Shown: positions 20,373 through 30,294 of the stretch, in pieces | How positions within the stretch are numbered: the stretch's first letter is position 1 | Layout: each line of letters opens with the position of its first letter | Virus record (IMG/VR): IMGVR_UViG_3300011989_000257 | Location: 96,001-160,000 of that record | DNA length: 64,000 nucleotides | DNA from: a virus | Lineage: Duplodnaviria > Caudoviricetes | Reading direction: 5' to 3' (one strand) | Program-made: the position numbers and the translations under genes | Notes under the pieces: model-generated | Seen by the model: only the letters and a program-made list of their open reading frames with translations | The model's database searches: none | What the model was told of the DNA's origin: nothing

Positions 20373-21233
20373 ATGATTATTGGATTCTGCGGTAGGATGC
20401 GTTCAGGAAAAACTGAGTTAGCCAAAATATGCGAGAGGTATGGTTATCAAAAACTATATTTTGCATTACCATTAAAGCAATTATGTGCAAGTTTAATAGA
20501 TGTTTCTGTTGAAGAACTTAATCGTTTGAAAAATGATAATGTTGAAATTTCATTACAATTAGGCGATGACATATGTACTATTTTATCAGAAGAGACAGAA
20601 ATACCATTGGAAGAAGTAGAGAAGATTTGCTATGGTAAAACAATGCATACAGTTAGGGAAATGCTGCAATTTATTGGTACTGACTTAATAAGGAAGTATA
20701 ATATGGATTGGCATGTGAACAGAATACGTCAAATGATTAATAAGGATATGAATTATGTTATTGATGATGTAAGATTCCCAAATGAGAAAGCACTCATCGA
20801 GGAACTTGGTGGCGATTGTTGGTTCATTACACGTACCACATTGGACAATATATCAAATCACGAATCCGAAACATCTATAACATGGAATGATTGTTGGAAT
20901 AAAATTATAATAAATGACTCTACGTTACCTATTCTACAGTTTAAGTGGGAAACTTTCATGGATAATTACATACAGTCTTGCGCCATTAGGGATAAAGAGT
21001 TTGAAAGAATATTGGAAGATGGTTCTGAGAATGAAATAACACCATTATCCATATATGATATGATGCTTTTATCAAAAGACTTCTTTACATATTCCCACAA
21101 AGATATTGATAAAGATAAAGTTAGCAAGATTGTACTGAATGAAGATAAGACAGTGTTCATAACATATAAAGATGGTTCGATGGAAGTTATAGATAACGCA
21201 CTTCAGATAGAAGACCTAAAAATATTGTGCTAA
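20373..21233 (+). CDS. deoxynucleoside monophosphate kinase (T4 gp1-like)
   Basis: GRMRSGKT, FALPLK, REMLQFIGTD, DDVRFPNE. Confidence 0.85.
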   Translation: MIIGFCGRMRSGKTELAKICERYGYQKLYFALPLKQLCASLIDVSVEELNRLKNDNVEISLQLGDDICTILSEETEIPLEEVEKICYGKTMHTVREMLQFIGTDLIRKYNMDWHVNRIRQMINKDMNYVIDDVRFPNEKALIEELGGDCWFITRTTLDNISNHESETSITWNDCWNKIIINDSTLPILQFKWETFMDNYIQSCAIRDKEFERILEDGSENEITPLSIYDMMLLSKDFFTYSHKDIDKDKVSKIVLNEDKTVFITYKDGSMEVIDNALQIEDLKILC

Positions 21234-21302
21234 CATTTTTTTAACATCAAATATTTGGAATATTAAAAAATTATCTATATATTTGCCAAAATATGATAAA
21301 TT

Positions 21303-21926
21303 ATGTCAGTAAAAGTAGATTTTAAATATGAAAAAGGAGATAAAATATTCTTTGTGAGTGATACGCATTACGGGCATTCAAACATTCTTAAGTTCTGTGA
21401 CCGTCCATTCAAGGATGTTGAGGAAATGAATCAGAAACTCATCGAGAATTGGAACAAAAAAGTGCCTCAAGATGGATTAGTTTTCCACCTTGGGGACTTT
21501 GCATGGGGAGGATATGAGTTCTGGAAAAAAATAAGAGAACAACTTAACGGTGACATCATACTTATTAAAGGGAATCATGACCAACGTAATATGTCTACAA
21601 AAGCCGAAGAAGAATTATTCAAGTATGTGTCATGGCAGATGTTGATAGAGATAGAAGGTAGGAAAGTATGGCTTAACCATTATCCTTTCCTTTGTTATGC
21701 TGGAGTTTATCGTGAGCCAAATAAACTATCATTTCAAGCATACGGTCATTGCCATTCTGGACCAAATAAACAAGGACAAGACATACCTAGATTGGTCAAC
21801 TGTTTCCCAACCCAATATGATGTTGGTGTGGATAATAATGATTATGAACCGATATCATGGGCTGAATTTAATGAAAAAATACAAACGCAATTATTAAAAA
21901 GCAAATATAATGTCAAAGAGGGCTAA
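21303..21926 (+). CDS. calcineurin-like metallophosphoesterase
   Basis: SDTHYGH, HLGDF, KGNHD, NHYP, GHCH. Confidence 0.9.
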   Translation: MSVKVDFKYEKGDKIFFVSDTHYGHSNILKFCDRPFKDVEEMNQKLIENWNKKVPQDGLVFHLGDFAWGGYEFWKKIREQLNGDIILIKGNHDQRNMSTKAEEELFKYVSWQMLIEIEGRKVWLNHYPFLCYAGVYREPNKLSFQAYGHCHSGPNKQGQDIPRLVNCFPTQYDVGVDNNDYEPISWAEFNEKIQTQLLKSKYNVKEG

Positions 21927-22293
21927 AGTAATCTATATTGATACTGTCACACGTGAATTCATTAAATTTGCGAAAACAATGGGAATATTCCCAAATATTT
22001 GCAAATTGTTCTTTAATGTGGTCAGAGGGACTAGTGCTCACTACTACTTCCTAGAACAAGATAAAGATGCAACAAATAATATTTCGTATTATTTCACGAA
22101 TGGTTCTTTCTACGAATACGCAAGAGATAATGGAATGTACTTTTATACATTGAATGATGGCTTTATCAAGAGAGTATATTTATTTGAAGGTTATTATTTA
22201 AAACCGTTTGAAAACTCTGATATACTTGCTGACTTATTTTTGTCTCATTTGAAAGATAAGGGATACTTAAGATACATAAAATTAATACATTAA
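21910..22293 (+). CDS. hypothetical protein, paralogue of 22323-22703
   Basis: EFIKFAKTMG ... LFLSHLKDK. Confidence 0.65.
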   Translation: MSKRAKVIYIDTVTREFIKFAKTMGIFPNICKLFFNVVRGTSAHYYFLEQDKDATNNISYYFTNGSFYEYARDNGMYFYTLNDGFIKRVYLFEGYYLKPFENSDILADLFLSHLKDKGYLRYIKLIH

Positions 22294-22322
22294 TAGATTT
22301 AAAACCCCCCAGATATGAAAAC

Positions 22323-22703
22323 ATGAGATGGATTGATAAACCTAGGAAAAAAACTAGGAGGGAAATTGTACTAGAGTACATCAAATTTATGAAGATTATG
22401 GGTTACTACAATAAACTAGTTGCCCACATGTATACGGTTGCAAAAGATGAAAGGCTACATGTGTATGTAAAGGGAAAGTATTGTGAAGCAAAGGTACTTT
22501 GTCACAAACAATGTATGATTAGCTATTTTGAAACTGAACTAAGGAATCATAACAGAAACACCAAACTTCTTGAATGGGTTGTTAGGGATTACTTTATCAG
22601 ATATCCGTTGGCAATGAATATAAATGAGGGATATAACTTGACAGCCCTTCTATTCTCTTACTTCAAGGATAAGCATATTGATAATTGTATAATAGTTGAT
22701 TAA
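22323..22703 (+). CDS. hypothetical protein, paralogue of 21910-22293
   Basis: EYIKFMKIMG ... LLFSYFKDK. Confidence 0.65.
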   Translation: MRWIDKPRKKTRREIVLEYIKFMKIMGYYNKLVAHMYTVAKDERLHVYVKGKYCEAKVLCHKQCMISYFETELRNHNRNTKLLEWVVRDYFIRYPLAMNINEGYNLTALLFSYFKDKHIDNCIIVD

Positions 22704-22706
22704 AAA

Positions 22707-23456
22707 ATGACTAAACTACTACTAATACCAGACGTTCATGGCCGCAAGTTTTGGAAGGATGCCATTGAAAAACACTTTGATGAATGCAACAAGGTGATAT
22801 TTCTTGGAGATTATTTGGATGCATATCCAGATGAAGAGATAACAAGAAAACAAGAAAAAAATAACTTTGCAGAGATATTAAAGTTAAAGGAAAATAATAA
22901 AGATAAGGTGATACTTCTTCTAGGGAATCACTGTTATCATTATATCCATAGAGATTTCACAAGGTCAACAAGATTTTCATCTAGTAATGCATACAGTTAC
23001 AAGGAAATGTTCTTATCCCATGAATCATTTTTCAAAATTGCGCATGAGGAAATGATAAATGACAAAAAATACCTTTTCACACATGCTGGAGTTATGAAAT
23101 CTTGGTATGAGAGGAATAAGGAAATAATAGGAAAACTTAATGCTGATAATTTAAATAAACTGCAAGGGTTTAAAAGAGGTGTTGCGGCATTGGCTGAAGT
23201 GTCAAAATACCGTTTTTGGCTTGGGGAAAAAAGTGGAAGTCCATTATGGTCAGATGTAAGAGAAAAAATTGATGATAATAAATCTGAAATTGACCACGTT
23301 GTTGAAAATGAGGATTCTTACGTTGACGAATTCGACTATCAAATATTCGGACATACGCAATTGACGGAAAATCCAATAATAACAGATAAATGGGCTTGCA
23401 TTGATTGCAGACGTGCATTCATACTAAATGATGAAGGAAACTTAGAAGAGGTTTAA
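22707..23456 (+). CDS. calcineurin-like metallophosphoesterase
   Basis: PDVHG, LGDYLD, LGNH, THAG, GHT. Confidence 0.9.
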   Translation: MTKLLLIPDVHGRKFWKDAIEKHFDECNKVIFLGDYLDAYPDEEITRKQEKNNFAEILKLKENNKDKVILLLGNHCYHYIHRDFTRSTRFSSSNAYSYKEMFLSHESFFKIAHEEMINDKKYLFTHAGVMKSWYERNKEIIGKLNADNLNKLQGFKRGVAALAEVSKYRFWLGEKSGSPLWSDVREKIDDNKSEIDHVVENEDSYVDEFDYQIFGHTQLTENPIITDKWACIDCRRAFILNDEGNLEEV

Positions 23457-23537
23457 GATTAATTTCTTAAACCTTTTTTTATACCCAAAAATTTGGAATT
23501 TTAACTTTTTTTACATATCTTTGCAAAAAATTAAAAT

Positions 23538-23717
23538 ATGAGATTGCAAATACCAAAAAGAGTTAATATAACAAGTATCACACTACCACCTTTTTTTCAA
23601 AACTGCCTTGTTACAAATACAAGAGTTGATGGCAATCAATTAATAATCACCTACCTAGTTGTTGATACATTGCAAGAAATAACTTTAGACTTAACAGATA
23701 TAATAACAAATGAGTAA
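23538..23717 (+). CDS. 59-aa hypothetical protein (not in ORF track), likely paralogue of 24423-24698
   Basis: MRLQIPKR...CLVTNTRVD; follows the -7 element at 23516 and overlaps the next start. Confidence 0.6.
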   Translation: MRLQIPKRVNITSITLPPFFQNCLVTNTRVDGNQLIITYLVVDTLQEITLDLTDIITNE

Positions 23718-24426
23718 AATTACACTAGAAAGCAAAATTGTCAACGACAACTATACGAATTTCTTGTATGAATCGTATGATATCCAAGACAAAGAAAAAA
23801 CTGTGACAGAAGTACCAATCCCTTCAAAGGAAGATATGGAAGAAATGAATAAGGATAATTGGAATATCCTTTTAATCTGCGGAAAGAGTGGTAGCGGAAA
23901 ATCTACCATATTGAGAGAAATATATGGTGATGTAAAACCAATTGAATATGACCATGATAAATGTGTTATAAGCCAATTCCCAAGGCTATCTGAAGAGGAA
24001 GCATGCGACTTGTTATCAAGTATGGGTCTTGCATCTGTTCCCACATGGCTCAGAAAGCCCCAAGAACTCTCCAATGGTGAAAGAGCAAGGTTGGACATTG
24101 CAAAGGCAATATATGACGCAAATGGAGGCATTGTAGTCCTAGATGAATATACGTCAGTTGTAAACCGTAGTGCAGCAAAGAGTATGAGTTTCGCATTACA
24201 GAGATACGCAAGGCAGAAAGGTCTTAAAATAATAATAGCCTCTTGCCACTTTGATATTATAGAATGGCTGCAACCAGATTATGTATTCAATTTGGAGCAT
24301 AGAGATGAGAATGGAGAAGTTGAAATGGAAAAAATGATATACAATGATGATACTAATTACAATGTATATCAGTCACCAAGAGAAATAGATATACTAACTG
24401 AAGCAATAGAAATACCGCAATCATGA
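23710..24426 (+). CDS. soluble ABC-type ATPase (family usually fused to a GNAT domain)
   Basis: GKSGSGKS, LSNGERAR, VLDEYTSVVNR, ASCHFDIIEWLQPD. Confidence 0.85.
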   Translation: MSKITLESKIVNDNYTNFLYESYDIQDKEKTVTEVPIPSKEDMEEMNKDNWNILLICGKSGSGKSTILREIYGDVKPIEYDHDKCVISQFPRLSEEEACDLLSSMGLASVPTWLRKPQELSNGERARLDIAKAIYDANGGIVVLDEYTSVVNRSAAKSMSFALQRYARQKGLKIIIASCHFDIIEWLQPDYVFNLEHRDENGEVEMEKMIYNDDTNYNVYQSPREIDILTEAIEIPQS

Positions 24427-24698
24427 GATTAGAGATACCAAAAAAATACAAGAGTTTTAAAGATTACTGTACAGTTACTAGAGTTGAAAATCTTTTGTTT
24501 GATTATGATGCGTCATTTGGGGATTATGCAACATATTCAGACAATGTTCTATATCAAACAAGAATCGACGAGATGCTTGAATATATCAATAGTATCAATG
24601 AAACCATATACACTCATGCTAGTATACCTGGTTCGTATTATGTTGTCTCTCAACCAGTAGCAAATTACTTTACAACAGCAGCAACATCGGCGTATTAA
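24423..24698 (+). CDS. hypothetical protein
   Basis: MRLEIPKK...CTVTRVE; ATGA-coupled. Confidence 0.65.
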   Translation: MRLEIPKKYKSFKDYCTVTRVENLLFDYDASFGDYATYSDNVLYQTRIDEMLEYINSINETIYTHASIPGSYYVVSQPVANYFTTAATSAY

Positions 24699-24722
24699 AT
24701 AATAAGGAAAAAATTATGGAAA

Positions 24723-25316
24723 GTGAAGATTATAAAGGTTAATCACAAGAAAGGTCAAAGACCAGAAATTAAGTTAACAGTTAGGAGAGTAGAACCTACT
24801 GTATTTTGGAGTGGAGGCTTTGCCAAAGAGCATTATTTGAGGGCTGATATTAATAAATCTTGCAAATGTTTATTATTTGAATGGAATGGTGTTCCAGTTG
24901 CATTTGTCGGAATCCTCAATACGCCAAGAAAGGGAATACCATATGGATGCTCAATATCTAGAATAGTGATACTGCCAGATTTTCAAGGGATAGGACTTAG
25001 TACACAGATATTCAATTTCTGTGGAGGCATCGTTAAATCATTGTCAGATGATGAACATGACTATAGATTATACATTAAGACAGCGCATAGGAAATTCGGT
25101 GAGGCCTTGGGTAGAAATCCGAACGTAAGAGCCACAATGTTTGATGGTAAAGGCAGAGATAAAAAGGCAATTGAGCATGACAATCACAGATACCGCAACA
25201 GATTGCAAAGAGTTAGTTATTGCAAGGAATTTATCGGTGATAAGATAGATGGATTCCAAGATATGTTGAAACCTATTAATGAATTAAGAAAAGAGAAATC
25301 AAAAAATAGACCTTGA
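24723..25316 (+). CDS. GNAT acetyltransferase partner of the ABC ATPase
   Basis: FAKEHYL, ISRIVILPDFQGIGL, IKTAH; start uncertain (GTG, with an out-of-frame ATG at 24716). Confidence 0.8.
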   Translation: MKIIKVNHKKGQRPEIKLTVRRVEPTVFWSGGFAKEHYLRADINKSCKCLLFEWNGVPVAFVGILNTPRKGIPYGCSISRIVILPDFQGIGLSTQIFNFCGGIVKSLSDDEHDYRLYIKTAHRKFGEALGRNPNVRATMFDGKGRDKKAIEHDNHRYRNRLQRVSYCKEFIGDKIDGFQDMLKPINELRKEKSKNRP

Positions 25317-25339
25317 TAATTTAAGGAGAGTGATTGATA

Positions 25340-25525
25340 TCATTCTCCTTTTTTCTTTAATTCCTCTATCAGTTTATTAGCATATTCAACAGCGATGTCT
25401 GCCACTTGTCTTTTAAATATGAACTGAAATATAAACACCATTATGCTACTACTTAGTATTGCATTCATAATATTGATGGATGCATTTATCCTCACTTCTT
25501 CCCAATTAACTGTTGAATTATCCAT
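25340..25525 (-). CDS. small hydrophobic protein
   Basis: 61 aa; TATTTATA motif 20 nt upstream. Confidence 0.55.
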   Translation of the reverse strand: MDNSTVNWEEVRINASINIMNAILSSSIMVFIFQFIFKRQVADIAVEYANKLIEELKKKGE

Positions 25526-25564
25526 ATTAAATCTTATTATTTGTATATAAATATATTAAAGATT

Positions 25565-26659
25565 ATGGATTTAAATATTACGTCAACACCGAAGATTAAG
25601 GTTTTATTTGACTCACAAATATATGATGGTCAAGAATTCGGTGGAATATCAAGAATGTTTGTTGATATAAACAATGAGTTCAATAAAAGCGATGACATAG
25701 AATCTAGATTCTCTGTATCAAAGACAAAGAACTTATACTTGAGCCGCATTGAACCATATGAATACGGGGAATGTGACAATTGGGTATTGTCTGTAGATAT
25801 GCTAATGAAAGGAGATTATGATGTGTTTTATCCAACTTTATTCTCGCCATATTTCCTTAAGTTTCTCAATGGAAAGCCGTTTGTAATGTCAGTACACGAT
25901 ATGCTGACTGAGATATATTTCCCTAGCAAGCACGACCCGCAGATTAAGGGAAAGCGTGAGTTGGTAAAGTATGCGTCTGCTATAGAAGTGCCGACTGAGG
26001 TGGTTAAAAAAGACTTGATTAGATTTCTTGATGTTGACCCATCCAAGATATACGTTGTTGGAAGAGGGCTTAATGAGAATTTTGGTAATGATGTATTAAG
26101 CGAAAGCGTTGTTGAAGGCAAATACGTCTTGTTTGTTGGCAAAAGGCAAGGATATAAAAGGTTCGACTGGTTCATCAAACATTCAGCGCCATTTTTCAAG
26201 AATCATCCTGATATCAAGTTAGTGTGTACTGGGTATGATTTCAATAATGGGGAAAAACAATTGTTGAATGAATATGATATGGCTGACAGAGCGATTGCAA
26301 TGAAGGTCAATGATATTGAACTTGCAACGCTTTATAAGGATGCATTGTTTTTCGTATTCCCATCAGAATGTGAGGGCTTTGGTTATCCTGTGCTTGAAGC
26401 GTACAAGATGGGCTGTATTGCCCTTCTGAACAATAATGAATGTTTTAAGGAAATCACATTTGGGAAGGGTACTTTTTTTGATTTGAAGGAAGATGAGTCT
26501 AACATAGTTGATGTAATGGAAAAAACGCTTAACCTTACTGAAGATGAAAAAGAAGAAGTATTAAAGGTACAATATGATATATTGTCGAATTACTCTGCTG
26601 AAAAGATGACATCTAAAATAAAAGATATGATAATGGAAGTATTATCAAGGAGAAAGTAA
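25565..26659 (+). CDS. GT4 (GT-B) glycosyltransferase (start moved to ATG 25565)
   Basis: FGGISR, VHDM, LFVGKRQGYK, FPSECEGFGYPVLEAY (Ex7E). Confidence 0.9.
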   Translation: MDLNITSTPKIKVLFDSQIYDGQEFGGISRMFVDINNEFNKSDDIESRFSVSKTKNLYLSRIEPYEYGECDNWVLSVDMLMKGDYDVFYPTLFSPYFLKFLNGKPFVMSVHDMLTEIYFPSKHDPQIKGKRELVKYASAIEVPTEVVKKDLIRFLDVDPSKIYVVGRGLNENFGNDVLSESVVEGKYVLFVGKRQGYKRFDWFIKHSAPFFKNHPDIKLVCTGYDFNNGEKQLLNEYDMADRAIAMKVNDIELATLYKDALFFVFPSECEGFGYPVLEAYKMGCIALLNNNECFKEITFGKGTFFDLKEDESNIVDVMEKTLNLTEDEKEEVLKVQYDILSNYSAEKMTSKIKDMIMEVLSRRK

Positions 26660-26673
26660 ATATTAAATTAAAT

Positions 26674-28101
26674 ATGGCTGATAAAACTATTAATGTATTA
26701 ATTGTAAATTACAATACGCAGAAACTAACCGAAGCCTGCATAAAAAGTATAAACAAGCATACACCAAATGTTAATATATATGTATTTGACAATAGCGATA
26801 ATGGAAAATTTATAAACAATTTTACAAACGTGACTGTGATTGATAATACCGATGGACAAATTATCAACTTTAATGAATGGCTTAAAAATTTTCCAGAGCA
26901 CGAGAAATCTCCAATAGGCAGTGGTAATAACTATGCATCATCAAAACATTGTGTGTCAATACAAAAAGCCATTGATATAATAGATGATAATATCATATTA
27001 ATGGATTCTGATGTACTTGTTAAGAAAGATATAAGCGAGCTATGGGATGAAGAATGCATATATGTTGGTGGGTATGAGCATAATATATGGCACGACAAGA
27101 GGTTAATGCCGTTTATATGTTTTATAAATGTAAAGATGTGTAAAAAATATGGCATAAAATACTTCGATGAAAATAGAATAGTCGGTCTTACTGCTAATGG
27201 CGAGAAGTATGATACTGGTTGCTCATTTTATGTTGACAGCGAAAAATATAAACATAAAGAAATTAATATATTTGGCTATATTAAACACTTTGCACAAGGT
27301 AGTTGGAAAAGAAAAAATCTTAACTTTGAAAAATGGCTAGAAACTAATAAAAATCTATGGGCAGAAAATTACAATTGCAATATAAATATATTCATTTGCA
27401 CCCACAAAGAATTTGAACCAGTTGTGCATAACGAAATATATAAAATAATTAACGCAAGGCAAATAGAGCTGAAACTACCATTGAAGGATGCTTTCTATTC
27501 AGAACTGTACCAATTCAAATACGTTGCTGATAATTTGGAATTGCCTAAATATATTGGATTCTGCCATTACAGAAGATATTTCTCTTTCCTTGACGATGTA
27601 CCAAATATGGATGAAATATTTTCTAATTATGATGCAATATGCTCAAAGCCTAAAGTATTCAATAATAGTATAAAGTCACAATATTTATCTTGCCATAATA
27701 TTGAGGACCTGTACATCATCGGTGGAATCATCGCTGAGAAATATCCAGAACAAGCAAATATGTGGAAGAATTTCATAAACGGCAACATATTGATTCCATA
27801 TAATATGTTCATTATGAAAAGGGAAGATTTCAAGGAATATATCGATTTCATATTCTCAATCCTTGACGAATACCTTAAAATAGTTGGAACGGATATTAAT
27901 AAGAGAATATATGACAATTATGAAAAGTATATCAAAAGATTCTATCCAAATAACACCGTCGAATATCAATATAGAATAGGCGGTTATATTGCAGAGAGAT
28001 TAACAAATCTGTTTATGATGCATAAATTCAAGAAAATAAAGACATATCCCGTAATTGTTACGGAAGATAAATATAAACAAAGCAAAAAGGATAACCCATA
28101 A
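26674..28101 (+). CDS. two-domain glycosyltransferase: GT2-like + DUF4422-like
   Basis: IVNYN, VFDNSD, LMDSDV; then IFICTHK, YSEL, IGFCHYRRYF, YNMFIMK, GYIAERL. Confidence 0.85.
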   Translation: MADKTINVLIVNYNTQKLTEACIKSINKHTPNVNIYVFDNSDNGKFINNFTNVTVIDNTDGQIINFNEWLKNFPEHEKSPIGSGNNYASSKHCVSIQKAIDIIDDNIILMDSDVLVKKDISELWDEECIYVGGYEHNIWHDKRLMPFICFINVKMCKKYGIKYFDENRIVGLTANGEKYDTGCSFYVDSEKYKHKEINIFGYIKHFAQGSWKRKNLNFEKWLETNKNLWAENYNCNINIFICTHKEFEPVVHNEIYKIINARQIELKLPLKDAFYSELYQFKYVADNLELPKYIGFCHYRRYFSFLDDVPNMDEIFSNYDAICSKPKVFNNSIKSQYLSCHNIEDLYIIGGIIAEKYPEQANMWKNFINGNILIPYNMFIMKREDFKEYIDFIFSILDEYLKIVGTDINKRIYDNYEKYIKRFYPNNTVEYQYRIGGYIAERLTNLFMMHKFKKIKTYPVIVTEDKYKQSKKDNP

Positions 28102-28136
28102 TGCTTGGGCTATCCTTCTTTATTTATCTAATGTTA

Positions 28137-30203
28137 TTATTGTTCTACCTTTCTCCAATTATAGTAGCCTAAGTAGTAACTACTTGTGCTCATCCATACA
28201 CCATAACCACTACTGCCACTTGGCACTGTTAATGTACCACCTGTCTTAACATTATTGAATGTGAAATTTTCTATTGTAGGCGCTGTTGCAGCGTTGGATA
28301 TTATACTTGTAAGGCCTCTACAACTTTGGAAAGCACCACGGCCAATACTTGTAACACTATTACCTATTGTAACATTTGTAAGACTAGTACAATTATCGAA
28401 AGCGCCATTACCGATTGTTGTAACACTATCAGGGATATCTATACTTGTGAGATTAGTACAACCGCCTAAAGCAGACTCACCAATGCTTGTAACACTATCA
28501 GGTATATCTATACTTGTAAGGCCAGTACAACCATCGAAAGCATAATCGCCAATGCTTGTAATACTATCTAACATAATTGTCGTTTTGCAACCCTGAACTA
28601 ATGTATTCGTTTCCGTATTAATTATTGCATTGCAGTTGTTACGTGAATCATATACTGTATTATTGCTATCAACCGTTATGCTTGTAAGATTATAACAATA
28701 TCCGAAAGCCCAACCGCCAATACTTGTAAGACCACTACCAATGGTTATGCTTGTAAAACCACTACAAGATTGGAAAACTCCTTCACCAATACTTGTAACA
28801 CTATTTGGTATAACTATACTTGTAAGACCATTACAACCATTGAAAGCATAATTACCAATTCTTGTAACGCCACTACCTATCGTACAACTTGTAAGACCAC
28901 TACAAGATTGGAAAGCATTATTACCAATAGATGGAGTAGAATCACCAATAATTACTGTTTCAAGATTAGACCAAACACCTCTACCTGTGCCTTTAAAAGA
29001 AGTACTTAACTCACATTTTGCATTGTAATTTAGAACCTTTAATGCGTTAGTACCTACGAAAGCACTACCGCCAATACTTGTAACACCACTACCTATTGTA
29101 CAACTTGTAAGACTACTACAATAATAGAAAGCCCAACTTCCAATACTTGTAACACCACTTGGTATAACTATACTTGTAAGACTACTACAATAATAGAAAG
29201 CATAACTACCAATACTTGTAACACCACCACCTATTGTACAGCTTGTAAGACTACTACAACTACTGAAAGTACTATTACTAATACTTGTAACACCACTACC
29301 TATTGTACAACTTGTAAGACTACTACAACTATTGAAAGCACTATTACCAACACTTGTAACACTATCAGGTATATCTACACTTGTAAGACTACTACAATTT
29401 TGGAAAGCATAATTACCAACACTTGTAACACTATCAGGTATAACTATACTTGTAAGGCCAGTACAAGTACTGAAAGCATAATCTCCAATGCTTGTAACAC
29501 TGTTAGGTATGTCTATACTTGTAAGGCTAGTACAATTTTGGAAAGCATAATTACTAATACTTGTAACGCCACTCGGTATATCTATGCTTGTAAGACCACT
29601 ACAATTATAGAAAGCACTAATGCCAATACTTGTAACACCACTTGGAATGTCTATACTTGCAAGACTACTACAATTTGCGAAAACACCATTACCAATGCTT
29701 GTAACGCCATCAGGTATAGTTATACTTGTAAGACCTCTACAACTTTGGAAAGCAGCATCGCCGATACTTGTAACACTATCAGGGATAACTATGTTTGTAA
29801 GACCACTACAATATTGGAAAGTATAGTCGCTAATATTTGTTTGGTCGTTTAATGGAAATTCAACAGTATGTTCCCCACTTGATAATTGATACTTACCTTG
29901 TGCTGCATCAATGCTTTCAATGGATACTTTAGTTCCATCAATAATAGCCTTGGTAAAAATGTCAGCACCATAGTTTTCTATTGGATAACTACCACTTCCA
30001 TCGGAATAAAAGTATAATTGTGTTGGTTCAGAATCATCTTCAACATTATATTTAACAATAATAGCGGGTTTTTCAAACGTACTATAATAGACCTTATATA
30101 CATCATCATTACAAACACTTATGTTTGGCAAGATGAAGTTCTCAGTATCCGCACTGTATGCTGTATAATCAGCAGTTGTTTCAAATTCTTTTAAATATTT
30201 CAT
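28137..30203 (-). CDS. BspA/LRR_5 repeat protein with shared N-terminal module
   Basis: About 20 repeats of 23 aa (VTSIG..AF..C..LTSI.IP.S). Confidence 0.9.
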   Translation of the reverse strand: MKYLKEFETTADYTAYSADTENFILPNISVCNDDVYKVYYSTFEKPAIIVKYNVEDDSEPTQLYFYSDGSGSYPIENYGADIFTKAIIDGTKVSIESIDAAQGKYQLSSGEHTVEFPLNDQTNISDYTFQYCSGLTNIVIPDSVTSIGDAAFQSCRGLTSITIPDGVTSIGNGVFANCSSLASIDIPSGVTSIGISAFYNCSGLTSIDIPSGVTSISNYAFQNCTSLTSIDIPNSVTSIGDYAFSTCTGLTSIVIPDSVTSVGNYAFQNCSSLTSVDIPDSVTSVGNSAFNSCSSLTSCTIGSGVTSISNSTFSSCSSLTSCTIGGGVTSIGSYAFYYCSSLTSIVIPSGVTSIGSWAFYYCSSLTSCTIGSGVTSIGGSAFVGTNALKVLNYNAKCELSTSFKGTGRGVWSNLETVIIGDSTPSIGNNAFQSCSGLTSCTIGSGVTRIGNYAFNGCNGLTSIVIPNSVTSIGEGVFQSCSGFTSITIGSGLTSIGGWAFGYCYNLTSITVDSNNTVYDSRNNCNAIINTETNTLVQGCKTTIMLDSITSIGDYAFDGCTGLTSIDIPDSVTSIGESALGGCTNLTSIDIPDSVTTIGNGAFDNCTSLTNVTIGNSVTSIGRGAFQSCRGLTSIISNAATAPTIENFTFNNVKTGGTLTVPSGSSGYGVWMSTSSYYLGYYNWRKVEQ

Positions 30204-30220
30204 AATGTATATCTTTTCTA

Positions 30221-30228
30221 TATAAATA
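30221..30228 (-). promoter_or_regulatory. putative phage late promoter TATTTATA; representative of copies at 783, 25546, 32151, 36849, 37680, 42684, 45555, 50657, 58559, 60108 (minus) and 13977 (plus)
   Basis: Same 8-mer in the same orientation relative to the gene, mostly 15-35 nt before structural-type starts. Confidence 0.7.
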
Positions 30229-30294
30229 TCTTAACTGATATGAAAAATGCAGCCATCGCTGACTGCATTTTATAAATTATGATTTTAATTTCGC

